A DNA stretch of 64,000 nucleotides, from assembly GCF_000189555.1 (NCBI RefSeq), contig NC_017276.1. One strand, given 5' to 3'. The notes under the pieces were generated by a model that was given only the letters and a program-made list of their open reading frames with translations, had not been told where the DNA came from and searched no databases. The DNA comes from Saccharolobus islandicus REY15A. GTDB taxonomy: Archaea > Thermoproteota > Thermoprotei_A > Sulfolobales > Sulfolobaceae. Positions 52,646-63,042 of the stretch are shown here, in pieces. Numbering within the stretch: the first letter of the stretch is position 1; the number at the start of each line of letters is the position of its first letter. The translations under genes and the position numbers were made by a program.

Positions 52646-53170
52646 TTAACGTGTTAAATACGTTGCGAAGCTTATTCCCCATATTATTTCTGGATAAACT
52701 ATCATCCTCTCCAAACCTCCTGGCCCTAAAGGTCCATAATCCTTAAGAATGAATAGAATTAGTGAAACTAATGTTGCTATACCCAGTATTCCCCAAAAGT
52801 AATTCCTCTTAATGGAAGTAACTAATGCACCTATCCCTCCGAAAAGAAAAGTTATTAATGAGGCAATCAAATGAGGTAGCCCAGTATTCTCCGGAAATAT
52901 ACCTACTAATGCTGCCCCTAGCCCTACTAAAAAGACTAATGGTGAGTAGTTTGCCCTTAGTAGTATTGAGGCTATTATGACTAGTATTCCCATTATGACT
53001 ATGGATGTGTTGAATATTATTGCAGTTTTTCCAACTCCTAAGTCACTAATATAGTTATATTTTACTGAATAATTTGGGTATAAGATTTCTGATATTATAA
53101 AAAATAGTAAAAATTGTGATACACCCACTAATATGAGATAACCAGATGTCTTAGTTCTATCTAACATCAT
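52646..53170 (-). CDS. DUF998-like membrane protein
   Basis: YISDLGVG, GIFPE..G.PH and GGLERM motifs. Confidence 0.8.
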   Translation of the reverse strand: MMLDRTKTSGYLILVGVSQFLLFFIISEILYPNYSVKYNYISDLGVGKTAIIFNTSIVIMGILVIIASILLRANYSPLVFLVGLGAALVGIFPENTGLPHLIASLITFLFGGIGALVTSIKRNYFWGILGIATLVSLILFILKDYGPLGPGGLERMIVYPEIIWGISFATYLTR

Positions 53171-53213
53171 CAGTATTTTTTGTACATTATTAAACTTAAA
53201 TATTTATCTATTT

Positions 53214-53831
53214 TCAACTCTTAATTATAATCCCAAGACCTCCAGCCTCATTTGTTAACTCATACAATTTTACCCCTTTCTGTTTAGTGAAATAATAAGG
53301 TGCTTCAGTGAAATCTAGGTTATCTATAAGCAATATTCCACCATTTCTCAAGTAATCCCAAGCAATATTCAGCTCAAAAGTTACGTTCTCAAACGTATGC
53401 TCACTATCATGAAGAAAAATATCAACCTTACCTAACTTCTTTAATAGATCAAGTAAGATATCTCTGCTCCTTCCTATGTATAGCTTCCATTTACTCTTTA
53501 ACTGTTCCGGGACTAGAAATCCTACTTGTTTTCCATTCTCTAAAGTCTCCCTTACATCAATGGAATGTAGCGTACCTCTCTCCAGGGCAGAGAGGATTAT
53601 TGTACTTGATACACCTGGACCAACACCAGTTTCAATTACTATATCTGGATTGTAGTATTTTATTATCGAATAGAGGACATATCTCTTGGTTTCACTTAGC
53701 GCATATCTAAAACTATTCCCTAAAACCCGCTTAATCCCATTGTTTATTTCTTCAGCTTCATTCCAGTATTTGCTAAGATCCACGTTAAATATCTCCTTTA
53801 GAGCGTTTAATATCGATTCCGAGTTCTCCAC
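53214..53831 (-). CDS. Class I SAM-dependent methyltransferase
   Basis: IETGVGPG, FLHDSEH and LLIDN motifs. Confidence 0.85.
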   Translation of the reverse strand: MENSESILNALKEIFNVDLSKYWNEAEEINNGIKRVLGNSFRYALSETKRYVLYSIIKYYNPDIVIETGVGPGVSSTIILSALERGTLHSIDVRETLENGKQVGFLVPEQLKSKWKLYIGRSRDILLDLLKKLGKVDIFLHDSEHTFENVTFELNIAWDYLRNGGILLIDNLDFTEAPYYFTKQKGVKLYELTNEAGGLGIIIKS

Positions 53832-53881
53832 ACTGGTAAATATCTTTAGTGTTGATTATAAAGATAACTACTATTTATAAC

Positions 53882-54751
53882 TTAAGATTCCCTTTTCTTC
53901 TCTACTAAGAAAGAGATTCCCATTCCTAAAAAGTATAGGCTCGATAGTGATAATCCTATTATTGTTTCCATAACGCCACCAGTTGTACCTGGTGATATTA
54001 TCCATGCAATTATAAAGGATACCAGGACTCCCCATCTCCAATAATTCCTCCAAGTACTAGCCTTAACTATTCTTAGATAAGTTAAACCAATCATTATCAG
54101 TGGCATCTCAAATGCTAGTCCTAACGACCCCATTAATAGGAAAGTTGTAGATATGAACGAACTTAAACTTATGGTAGGTTCTACGGCAGGACCTAAAGAC
54201 TCGGTATAAAATGATATCATGTCAAACATTAAGGGGATTAGTATCAAAAACGCAAATAGAGAACCAGAGAAGAAAAGTAGAAATGCTGGAATCATGGTTA
54301 GCTTAAAGATTTTCTTTTCATGTTCATATAGTCCCGGAGCTAAAAAAGCCCAGGTTTCTCTAATTATGAGGGGAAGCGAGGTCAATAGTGCGAGGTAAAG
54401 TGAAACATAAAGCGACGCATATATTGGATCAAATAAGTTTATTATTATTATCTTAGTATTGGCTGGCAGTTCATGGTAAATAAAGAATTTGGTTACTTGT
54501 ACTGCAATACTATCGTAAAATGACGGATAAGGAATTGGAATTTTTGAGATACTTATCCCAAGAAATGGTATTTGTAATGGATCTATATTAATCCATTCAT
54601 AACCTGTCATGAAGTAAAAGAAGAACGAAATAGCTAATGATGCTATAATTCTCCTTAGTCTTATTGCTAATTCTCTTAAATGATCTAATAATGGCTTTTC
54701 TTCGAAAAAACTCTTCTCTTCTTTACCTCTCTCCTTTGCTTTTTCTTCCAC
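53882..54751 (-). CDS. tatC: Twin-arginine translocase TatC
   Basis: LLDHLRELAIR, FLAPGLYEHEK and FEMP motifs. Confidence 0.93.
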   Translation of the reverse strand: MEEKAKERGKEEKSFFEEKPLLDHLRELAIRLRRIIASLAISFFFYFMTGYEWINIDPLQIPFLGISISKIPIPYPSFYDSIAVQVTKFFIYHELPANTKIIIINLFDPIYASLYVSLYLALLTSLPLIIRETWAFLAPGLYEHEKKIFKLTMIPAFLLFFSGSLFAFLILIPLMFDMISFYTESLGPAVEPTISLSSFISTTFLLMGSLGLAFEMPLIMIGLTYLRIVKASTWRNYWRWGVLVSFIIAWIISPGTTGGVMETIIGLSLSSLYFLGMGISFLVEKKRES

Positions 54752-54761
54752 GTGGAATACC

Positions 54762-55037
54762 TCAGGCCTTCTTGCTTTGCTTTAGTGCTTCTAATTGCTT
54801 TTGTAATTCTACTATTTTCTTCTCAAGTTCTTCTACACTTTCACTCCTCTCCCCCTTTTCAACTATATTGCTAGACATCATTTGTTGCATTTCCATTTCT
54901 GCTTCTAGTTGTCCCTTCTTGAACTCCCCCATTGATCTTCCTAAAGCTCTGAAAAGCTCTGGTATTTTAGATGATCCAAAGAAGAGTACAGCAATAACCA
55001 CTAAGATTATAATTATATCAGTAGGATTATCTATCAT
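54762..55037 (-). CDS. tatA: Twin-arginine translocase TatA
   Basis: TM segment plus FFGSSKIPELFRALGRSMGEFKKG. Confidence 0.93.
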   Translation of the reverse strand: MIDNPTDIIIILVVIAVLFFGSSKIPELFRALGRSMGEFKKGQLEAEMEMQQMMSSNIVEKGERSESVEELEKKIVELQKQLEALKQSKKA

Positions 55038-55257
55038 AATTTACCCTCCCGCCCCACCCTTATGATCATATTTATTATTCATGATTAATAAATTTTCCTA
55101 CGTACCGCTCCTAAACGACTCCCTTCTCTTTCTGAGGTTTTTAGTTGCAAAATAAGGTGAAATGGTTCTACTGGGAGGGAAGACATACTAAAATCATCCT
55201 TGTTAAACCTAACTTGTAAACATGATCACTTATTAGTTTCAGTTTAGATTTCTCTAT

Positions 55258-56934
55258 ATGCCAGCAAAATTAAATAGTCCCTCGAGATATCATGGCATAT
55301 ATAATGCTCCACACAGAGCGTTTCTAAGATCTGTAGGTTTAACGGATGAAGAGATAGGTAAACCATTGGTTGCCATAGCCACAGCATGGAGTGAGGCAGG
55401 CCCTTGTAACTTCCACACATTAGCTTTAGCAAGAGTAGCTAAGGAGGGGACAAAGGAAGCCGGTTTATCCCCATTAGCATTCCCAACCATGGTAGTTAAC
55501 GATAACATTGGAATGGGATCTGAAGGAATGAGGTATAGTTTAGTTAGCAGGGATTTAATAGCAGATATGGTAGAGGCGCAATTTAATGCTCACGCGTTTG
55601 ATGGACTAGTGGGCATAGGAGGGTGTGATAAGACAACGCCTGGTATACTAATGGCAATGGCTAGGTTAAACGTTCCCTCAATTTACATTTATGGCGGATC
55701 AGCAGAGCCAGGGTACTTTATGGGTAAAAGACTAACAATAGAGGATGTACATGAGGCAATAGGCGCATATTTAGCGAAGAGAATAACAGAAAATGAGTTA
55801 TACGAAATAGAGAAAAGGGCACATCCGACATTGGGAACTTGCTCTGGATTATTTACAGCCAATACTATGGGCTCAATGTCGGAGGCATTAGGAATGGCAT
55901 TGCCAGGTAGTGCATCACCAACCGCTACCTCATCTAGGAGAGTAATGTATGTGAAGGAAACTGGAAAAGCTTTAGGTAGTTTAATTGAAAACGGAATAAA
56001 GTCAAGGGACATATTAACTTTTGAGGCCTTTGAGAACGCGATAACAACGCTGATGGCTATGGGTGGTTCAACAAACGCGGTATTACACCTATTGGCAATA
56101 GCCTATGAAGCAGGAGTGAAATTAACCTTAGATGATTTCAATAGGATATCTAAAAGAACACCATATATTGCAAGTATGAAACCTGGTGGAGATTACGTGA
56201 TGGCTGATTTGGATGAAGTTGGAGGTGTTCCAGTAGTCTTAAAGAAACTACTAGACGCTGGTCTACTTCATGGTGACGTTTTAACAGTTACTGGAAAGAC
56301 TATGAAGCAAAACCTTGAGCAATACAAGTATCCTAATGTACCTCACAGTCATATAGTTAGGGATGTTAAGAATCCGATTAAGCCTAGAGGAGGAATAGTT
56401 ATATTGAAGGGATCGTTAGCCCCAGAAGGTGCCGTAATTAAGGTAGCTGCAACTAACGTTGTTAAATTTGAAGGAAAGGCTAAGGTGTATAATTCCGAGG
56501 ACGACGCTTTTAAGGGAGTTCAAAGTGGCGAAGTTAGGGAGGGTGAAGTTGTAATTATAAGATATGAAGGACCTAAGGGAGCTCCAGGTATGCCAGAAAT
56601 GCTGAGAGTTACAGCGGCAATCATGGGTGCGGGTTTGAATAACGTTGCCTTAGTTACTGATGGTAGATTTTCCGGAGCCACTAGGGGACCTATGGTAGGC
56701 CATGTAGCTCCAGAGGCAATGGTAGGTGGTCCTATCGCAATAGTTGAAGATGGAGATACTATAGTGATTGATGTGGAGAGCGAAAGACTTGACTTGAAGC
56801 TATCCGAGGAGGAGATAAAGAATAGACTGAAAAGATGGTCTCCTCCATCTCCAAGATACAAGTCTGGTCTATTGGCTAAATACGCCTCCTTGGTCTCCCA
56901 GGCGTCAATGGGGGCTGTGACTAGACCAGCTTAA
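55258..56934 (+). CDS. ilvD: Dihydroxy-acid dehydratase
   Basis: [23 protein letters not shown] and TDGRFSG motifs. Confidence 0.95.
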   Translation: MPAKLNSPSRYHGIYNAPHRAFLRSVGLTDEEIGKPLVAIATAWSEAGPCNFHTLALARVAKEGTKEAGLSPLAFPTMVVNDNIGMGSEGMRYSLVSRDLIADMVEAQFNAHAFDGLVGIGGCDKTTPGILMAMARLNVPSIYIYGGSAEPGYFMGKRLTIEDVHEAIGAYLAKRITENELYEIEKRAHPTLGTCSGLFTANTMGSMSEALGMALPGSASPTATSSRRVMYVKETGKALGSLIENGIKSRDILTFEAFENAITTLMAMGGSTNAVLHLLAIAYEAGVKLTLDDFNRISKRTPYIASMKPGGDYVMADLDEVGGVPVVLKKLLDAGLLHGDVLTVTGKTMKQNLEQYKYPNVPHSHIVRDVKNPIKPRGGIVILKGSLAPEGAVIKVAATNVVKFEGKAKVYNSEDDAFKGVQSGEVREGEVVIIRYEGPKGAPGMPEMLRVTAAIMGAGLNNVALVTDGRFSGATRGPMVGHVAPEAMVGGPIAIVEDGDTIVIDVESERLDLKLSEEEIKNRLKRWSPPSPRYKSGLLAKYASLVSQASMGAVTRPA

Positions 56935-56964
56935 TTTTTTATTTAATTCTCCTAATTCTCCTTT

Positions 56965-58368
56965 ATGTATGAAGACATTTGGGCAATTGAACACGCAATA
57001 AGCTTACTGGATTGGGATATCCAAACTTACATGCCCCAATCTGGGATTAAGGCTAGGGGAGAGGCTTTAGCCAGGCTAAGTAACTTAAGGAGGAAATTGT
57101 TGTTAGGCATTAGAGGCGAGATAGAAAAGTTAGAGCCAAAAAATAATATTGAAAAGGGTTTAAAAAGAGTTTTAGATAGAGAATATAAGTACTATGACGC
57201 TGTGCCAGAAGAGTTGGATATGAAACTTCATAGAATAACATCTGAAGCTACTGTAGTTTGGAGAAACGCTAAAGCTAAAGGCGATTTTAACGCATTCAAA
57301 CCTTATTTAGAGCAAATACTTGAGATTAAGAGAGAGATAGCACATAAGCTAGGGTATAAGGATCATCCATATAGTGCACTTTTAGATAGGTATGAAGAAG
57401 GGTTTACTGTCACCGATGCTGAAAGGGTATTCAACGAGTTATTACCCGGTTTGTCTAAGATTCTCAATAAGATCGATGATAAGTTTACTAGAAAATATCA
57501 TTTTGAGGATGAAAAATATGATGTTTTTCAGATGAGTAAAACCATAGAGGCAATAGCTTATGAGGTACTAAAGATGCCTAAGGATAGATTTAGAATAGAC
57601 GTTTCTCCTCATCCTTTCACAGTATCAATGAGTAGAAATGATGTTAGAATAACAGTAAGGTATGAAGGATATGATTTCAAGAGAGTTCTTTATTCTCTAG
57701 TGCACGAGAGCGGGCATGCAATATATGAGTTACAAATAGATCCGAGTCTAGAATACTCTCCTTTAGCAAATGCTCCTTCCATGGGCCTTCATGAGTCGCA
57801 ATCGAGATTCTGGGAAAACGTAGTAGGAAGGAGTTATGGCTTTATTAAAACCATTTATCCCTTGCTAAACGTTAAGGATAGCATTGATGATGTATATTAC
57901 TATGTTAATGGCGTTAAGAGGCAACCAATTAGGGTTGACGCTGATGAAGTTACTTATAACTTTCATATTGCAATCAGATACGAGATAGAGAAGAGGGCAA
58001 TAGAGGGTAGTTTAGAAGCTAGCGAATTCCCCTCACTATTTAATGATTTGATGGACAAATATCTAAATATAAGGCCTAAGAATGATGGAGAGGGAGTATT
58101 ACAAGACGTTCATTGGAGTCAAGGCTCTTTTGGTTACTTCCCTACTTATACATTGGGAAATGTGATAGCTGGTATGGTATACTACCACATGAAGAGTGAG
58201 AGAGGTTTCGATATTAGTAATATAGAGGGGATAAAGAATTGGCTAAGAGAGAGAATTCATAAATACGGAGCAATATATTCACCAAAGGAGTTACAAATGA
58301 GGTCATTTGGTGAGGCATATAACCCATCTAGGCTATTAGATTATATGAGAGAGAAATATAATGCGTGA
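56965..58368 (+). CDS. M32 thermostable carboxypeptidase
   Basis: [17 protein letters not shown] and DVHWS motifs. Confidence 0.93.
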   Translation: MYEDIWAIEHAISLLDWDIQTYMPQSGIKARGEALARLSNLRRKLLLGIRGEIEKLEPKNNIEKGLKRVLDREYKYYDAVPEELDMKLHRITSEATVVWRNAKAKGDFNAFKPYLEQILEIKREIAHKLGYKDHPYSALLDRYEEGFTVTDAERVFNELLPGLSKILNKIDDKFTRKYHFEDEKYDVFQMSKTIEAIAYEVLKMPKDRFRIDVSPHPFTVSMSRNDVRITVRYEGYDFKRVLYSLVHESGHAIYELQIDPSLEYSPLANAPSMGLHESQSRFWENVVGRSYGFIKTIYPLLNVKDSIDDVYYYVNGVKRQPIRVDADEVTYNFHIAIRYEIEKRAIEGSLEASEFPSLFNDLMDKYLNIRPKNDGEGVLQDVHWSQGSFGYFPTYTLGNVIAGMVYYHMKSERGFDISNIEGIKNWLRERIHKYGAIYSPKELQMRSFGEAYNPSRLLDYMREKYNA

Positions 58369-58412
58369 TGTGAAATCTCTCTCTGAATGGTGAAGAACTG
58401 GGTCCTTTCTGA
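58365..58412 (+). ncRNA. C/D-box guide sRNA
   Basis: C GTGATGT 58365-71 (contains the upstream TGA stop), 11-nt guide, D' CTGA 58383-86, C' TGAAGA 58391-96, 12-nt guide, D CTGA 58409-12. Confidence 0.75.
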
Positions 58413-58459
58413 CAAAAATATTTTTTACCTTATATCTCCCTTTTTAGTCTATCTTACTT

Positions 58460-58993
58460 TTAGTCATCTTGTTCGTTATCGTCATCATGATGTTTCTTTC
58501 CATGCTCTGCCGTCTGGGTCTGTTGTGCTTGTTGCTCTCCTCCATATTTCACTATTAAGAATGGAATATTACTAACTGACTTTGCCTCAGGATTTTGTGA
58601 TACCACATAAGATATCTTAATGTTTACCGTATAGGTACCCTTGCTAAGGTATAATGTATAGTGCTCCGTTCCGTGAAGTGACAACGTAAAGGTATAATTA
58701 GCAATGTGAATTGTAACGTTAAATTCAGAGAATACGTCTCCTAATACATCTTCTTTTAATTTTATGGTATAAGTACCATTAGCCGAAACAGTAAGAGTAG
58801 CGTTTTCCGTTAATGTACCTTTTTGTCCCGCAGTTAAATTCCCTAAATTGAATGAGGCTAAGGTAGTTTGTATAGTCGGTGAGGTCACATTGTAACTTAT
58901 AGTTCCTAAACTTCCGCTTATTTCCTCTCCAATTACTACACCGCCTACTAATATCGTGCTTAATAATACACCGAGCAGGAGTAGCTTATTCAT
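58460..58993 (-). CDS. Exported beta-rich protein with a His/Asp-rich tail
   Basis: Signal-like N-terminus, NxT sequons, C-terminal HGKKHHDDDNEQDD. Confidence 0.8.
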   Translation of the reverse strand: MNKLLLLGVLLSTILVGGVVIGEEISGSLGTISYNVTSPTIQTTLASFNLGNLTAGQKGTLTENATLTVSANGTYTIKLKEDVLGDVFSEFNVTIHIANYTFTLSLHGTEHYTLYLSKGTYTVNIKISYVVSQNPEAKSVSNIPFLIVKYGGEQQAQQTQTAEHGKKHHDDDNEQDD

Positions 58994-59060
58994 CTTTTCA
59001 CCTACATATTCTCTTGTAAGTTCATCCTTTTAAGGGAGGCGTTCCGGAACAGTGAAACAG

Positions 59061-59849
59061 CTATTTCTTATCGCTCCTTACCACGTACCTAATCTTACCT
59101 TCCTCTCTTATCTCCTCTATATATCCCAACTTAACTAACTTCTTAACTCTCCTATATGCAGTAGATTTAGGTAAACCAGTCTGTCTCACAATATCAGCTA
59201 ATGTATTTGTACCCATTTTTATTGCCTCTAACACAATAGTATCCCTTTCATCCAACACCTCTGGAACGAAATCTACACTTTCCTCTTCTTTCAAAACCCT
59301 AACATTTCCTCTCCTTAGCAAGAATATGATTAGTGAAACTAGTACTGCATTGCTACTTATTAAACCACCTATTATCATAGGAATCTCCAATTCATTTTGT
59401 GTTGTAGTAACATGGGAAGAAAGCGTATAGAGCAATATGACGCTATTTACGTTTGCAAAAGTAACATTATAATAATCACTCATTACATTAAAGCTGTAGG
59501 GCTGTGGAGAAATGTAATTAATAGAGGAGTTAAGAGGTAGATAAATATTGATTGTAGCGTTATATGGCTCATTAATTTGGATAACTCCTCTAGGTAGTAT
59601 GGCATTGTAGTAAATGAAAACAGTAGTATTACTGGGAGTGAGATATAATGTATTTCCGGACAAGTTATATTTGGCTCCAATGATCTTAAGGTTCGTTATA
59701 TTATGCCCTATCAGGACGAATTGATTAACGTTACCAGTAAGTTCAGCCTCTACAGTACCGTTATAATAAATATTTAAGATTGAAGAGTGTGAAATAATGA
59801 CTGGGACCGTTATCAATGGTAAGAGCAATAATAGCAAAATCTTCATCAA
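59061..59849 (-). CDS. Membrane-anchored transcription regulator (external domain, TM, cytoplasmic winged HTH)
   Basis: Signal peptide; TM LEIPMIIGG...LLRR; C-terminal TLADIVRQTGLPKSTAYRRVKKLVKLGYI. Confidence 0.82.
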   Translation of the reverse strand: MMKILLLLLLPLITVPVIISHSSILNIYYNGTVEAELTGNVNQFVLIGHNITNLKIIGAKYNLSGNTLYLTPSNTTVFIYYNAILPRGVIQINEPYNATINIYLPLNSSINYISPQPYSFNVMSDYYNVTFANVNSVILLYTLSSHVTTTQNELEIPMIIGGLISSNAVLVSLIIFLLRRGNVRVLKEEESVDFVPEVLDERDTIVLEAIKMGTNTLADIVRQTGLPKSTAYRRVKKLVKLGYIEEIREEGKIRYVVRSDKK

Positions 59850-60004
59850 ACTTAACTAAATATTAACCAGTTTATTAGCTTAGCGATTTCTAAATATTGG
59901 GTTGTTCAACTTCTCCTTGTCGTTAGGAATTATGCCTTTATCTTATTTTCTATAACTAAAGAAGCATAGGTTCTAAAATCTCCCTTGGAATTCAATTATA
60001 ATTA

Positions 60005-60032
60005 AAACTCTTAAAAATATTTTTAAGAGTTT
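60005..60032. promoter_or_regulatory. 28-bp perfect palindrome in a divergent intergenic region
   Basis: AAACTCTTAAAAATATTTTTAAGAGTTT. Confidence 0.6.
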
Positions 60033-60384
60033 TATGGCTATATGAATCCTTTGCAATAACTATAATGAAATGACTTTTAGTATAATATTATCTAAAAATA
60101 ATTGAAGATAATTAGAATCATGATGCGATAATAATTTGGTATACGTCCTTATATCTCACTTGATCTCCAAAAAGTCCGTTCACTAGTAAGTCCAATAAGT
60201 TCGTAGCTTGCTAACATCTTGATTCTGCAAAAGAATCAGCTAAGAATTTCCAATAACTACTAACGCATCCTTTACGAATTCAGTTTATTTAAAGAATCGT
60301 AATGAATTTAATTAAATACCACCCCACTGACTAGGTGGGATCCACGCTCAGTAGTTTACTTTGTTTTATCCATCTTATTCACAA

Positions 60385-60419
60385 ATTACAATTCGCAAAA
60401 GAGACCTGAATCGCCCCTC
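60385..60419 (-). repeat. 35-bp IS-end-like sequence, copy B
   Basis: Inverted, 32/35 match to 49377-49411. Confidence 0.8.
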
Positions 60420-60533
60420 CAGAAGATGCAATTTACTTTTAACTATTCGCTTCAAGTTTTATGAAAAGGTTTATGATATTAGGTAATTCATGTAGCTCGT
60501 GTAGGTTACTTGATTTGCTATACTTTGACGTAA

Positions 60534-61259
60534 ATGCGTCATTCTAAAGTGTATTGTTTCACTGTTTCATGGAACCAAGGTTTATATGGAATATTCAACC
60601 AATTAGAAATCGTGGATAGACAAACACTCTTGGTAGGTTTGGTAATTATTACCTTAATTATAAATGTAATTTTAGGTGTAGAACTTTATTATACACTACA
60701 CAATAGACCTACTCAGCCAGTAGGTGGAATTCCAATAAATGTCTCCACAGTGCAAATTATCTCTCCGTCTAGTTCAACCACAACTAACACGACATCTGGA
60801 GCAACTTCAACTATCACTACAACTCAGTCCTCTACTACTAATTCTGGATCTTCAACTACTACTAAACAGCCTCAGACCTATTCATTTTCATTTAAGGCTA
60901 AATTTAAGATACACGTTAAAGAACATGGAATATACATTGTTGGTATCAAGCCTAATATAACGTTTTCTCAATTATATGTTATTCTCTATTTTGAAGATGG
61001 TCAAGTGGTAACGTTAAATCTTAACCAAACCTATGTAAATGTAACTATAAAGGAGGACGATGCTAAGGTAACTGCTTATATTTATGGTAAGAGTTATGAG
61101 AATTTGACGCCACAACAAATACTTAACGATATAGGTCTTTACTTTAAATTTATAGGAAACTCCACTAACAGCAACAGTAATGAAAACTCAGATGAGTTTA
61201 TATTAGCTCGTGATATAAATCTAATGAAGAAATTATTTGAAATTCAACCTGTTTTGTGA
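60534..61259 (+). CDS. Membrane-anchored surface protein with a Ser/Thr stalk
   Basis: N-terminal TM, SSSTTTNTTS linker, beta-rich C-domain; true start may be later. Confidence 0.75.
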   Translation: MRHSKVYCFTVSWNQGLYGIFNQLEIVDRQTLLVGLVIITLIINVILGVELYYTLHNRPTQPVGGIPINVSTVQIISPSSSTTTNTTSGATSTITTTQSSTTNSGSSTTTKQPQTYSFSFKAKFKIHVKEHGIYIVGIKPNITFSQLYVILYFEDGQVVTLNLNQTYVNVTIKEDDAKVTAYIYGKSYENLTPQQILNDIGLYFKFIGNSTNSNSNENSDEFILARDINLMKKLFEIQPVL

Positions 61260-61307
61260 AGCGGAACGAATTAACCCTTATATAGGGGAAACGTCCTACT
61301 ATCTCAC

Positions 61308-62960
61308 ATGAAATGGCTAGTTCTCCTACTTCCCCTCTTAACGGTTTTCGGAACAATTCTAATTTCAGCTAGTTCAAGTCCTACAATACACGTGTATTAT
61401 CAAAGATATGATAGTGTATACAGAGCCTCCGGTATTAATGGTCCATTAAGTGCAAGTACAGTAACTTATACTGTAAGTTCAGCTACATACAATACAACCC
61501 TAAGTGACGGCAAAGCGTTTAAGGTAACGTACAATAGAACAGTTTACACTCTATTATTTGCTTCTTCTCCAGAAAAAATTGAGGGATATGTTAACGTATC
61601 AGCTTATACTAATAACACCATTACGATAAAAACTGACTTACCTAATTTAATAAGAATAGTGATAATGAGTGCAAATGAGACAGAATTGATATGGGCTGGT
61701 TTTAATGCTACTGATATTAACGCTTATGCATATATTAATGGAACAGGTGAAGTTATGCTTCAATTCGCAAACGGTTCCACAATAGCTAATGCAACATTGA
61801 CAATTAATAAAGAAAATGTAAGTATAAGCAATAAAATAAGCCTATACTTATTCCCGGTAACATCTGTAGAGGCTAAAGTATCGGTTAGTGGAGAGCTAAC
61901 TGCTACAGCGCAAATACCAAGGAGATATTCTCCATTACTGGTCAGTATTAACTATAATGGCACAGAAAGCAACGCAACTGTTAATGGATATAAGGTTACT
62001 ACAGCGTACTTTAATGGCACACTGACTCCTGCCTTATTTTGGAAAGGAGAAGGCTTAGTTCCAGTAATGTCAGGTAAGGGAAACATACGCGCAGATTTTG
62101 AGACGATAGAATTTTATGGAGTAAATGGTACAATTCTAGGATATGTACACATTTCGAGTATTGTTGGAAATCTAGAGATGATTCCAGTTAAGATTGGACT
62201 TAATTATAACATCGCATTTACTGAACTTAAGATAGTTACGGTAAGTGGAGTAAAACAAGTACATGCCAACTTTATGGGTTACACTTACATTAATAAAGTC
62301 CCAGTAATGATAGTAGGAAACGATGAAGGTAATATAACGTCAACTGCAATCGTTAACATTTCTCATTTAGTCATAGTGAATAATCATAAAGGCGTGCTAG
62401 CGGAAATAACGTTAAATTCAACGTCAAAATTCGTAGTATTAACAGAAGCCAATACTACTCATAATGTTAGTGTAACACTTCCGCTATTGGTAAACGTTAC
62501 CAATGTGCATTTAAACGGTAACGTTCATGTGGCACAGAAGGTCGTAGTCAACGTGTCTTCACAATACATCCTATTCAACGTTACGACGCTTAATAATGGT
62601 TCCATAATTGGCGTCTATAAGGTAGAGAATGATACATTAGTTAAATTAAACTCTTCCAATTACTTCATCATAAATGGAAAACTGGAAATATTTGACGATC
62701 CATCTTCAACATATTATGTAGTTTACTCCGCACAACCAACTACTTCAACGACATCCTCTACTACTTTAACATCTACAAGTACATCTAGTGCATCCACTAC
62801 CGCAAGTGTCTCTACTACTTTAATATCTACGACATCTCCTTCAGCCACATCTAATATAACAGCAACTTCATCATCAAATACTATGACATATATAGCGATT
62901 GGAATAATTGTACTAATAGTTATAATAGTAATAGCCGTGGTGTTAGTTAGAAGAAGGTAA
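61308..62960 (+). CDS. Large cell-surface glycoprotein with a C-terminal membrane anchor
   Basis: Signal peptide, many NxS/T sequons, Ser/Thr linker, TM followed by RRR. Confidence 0.85.
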   Translation: MKWLVLLLPLLTVFGTILISASSSPTIHVYYQRYDSVYRASGINGPLSASTVTYTVSSATYNTTLSDGKAFKVTYNRTVYTLLFASSPEKIEGYVNVSAYTNNTITIKTDLPNLIRIVIMSANETELIWAGFNATDINAYAYINGTGEVMLQFANGSTIANATLTINKENVSISNKISLYLFPVTSVEAKVSVSGELTATAQIPRRYSPLLVSINYNGTESNATVNGYKVTTAYFNGTLTPALFWKGEGLVPVMSGKGNIRADFETIEFYGVNGTILGYVHISSIVGNLEMIPVKIGLNYNIAFTELKIVTVSGVKQVHANFMGYTYINKVPVMIVGNDEGNITSTAIVNISHLVIVNNHKGVLAEITLNSTSKFVVLTEANTTHNVSVTLPLLVNVTNVHLNGNVHVAQKVVVNVSSQYILFNVTTLNNGSIIGVYKVENDTLVKLNSSNYFIINGKLEIFDDPSSTYYVVYSAQPTTSTTSSTTLTSTSTSSASTTASVSTTLISTTSPSATSNITATSSSNTMTYIAIGIIVLIVIIVIAVVLVRRR

Positions 62961-63021
62961 AAATTCTTTTTTAAATGTTTTTGTCCTTTTCCTTTGTTAT
63001 TAGTAGAAAAATTTATATACT

Positions 63022-63036
63022 TTAGGGTTACCCTAA
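63022..63036. promoter_or_regulatory. 15-bp inverted repeat between TATA box and start codon, candidate repressor site
   Basis: TTAGGGT-T-ACCCTAA downstream of TTTATATA (63012-63019). Confidence 0.6.
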
Positions 63037-63042
63037 TACCAT

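Noticed and set aside
55081-55135. Possible C/D sRNA between tatA and ilvD (ATGATTA...CTGA)
   Set aside because: Imperfect C box and no recognisable internal D'/C' pair
6780-56861. Numerous antisense ORFs inside well-supported genes (e.g. 6780-7010, 9740-10138, 32400-32903, 42938-43249, 54664-55065, 55689-56012)
   Set aside because: Fully overlap recognisable genes on the opposite strand and have typical shadow-ORF composition
58387-58575. 62-aa ORF downstream of the carboxypeptidase
   Set aside because: Overlaps the C/D-box RNA and is antisense to the exported-protein gene
49377-60419. Bona fide composite transposon carrying tatAC and ilvD
   Set aside because: No transposase or target duplication, and the contents are core genes; kept only as an unexplained inverted pair
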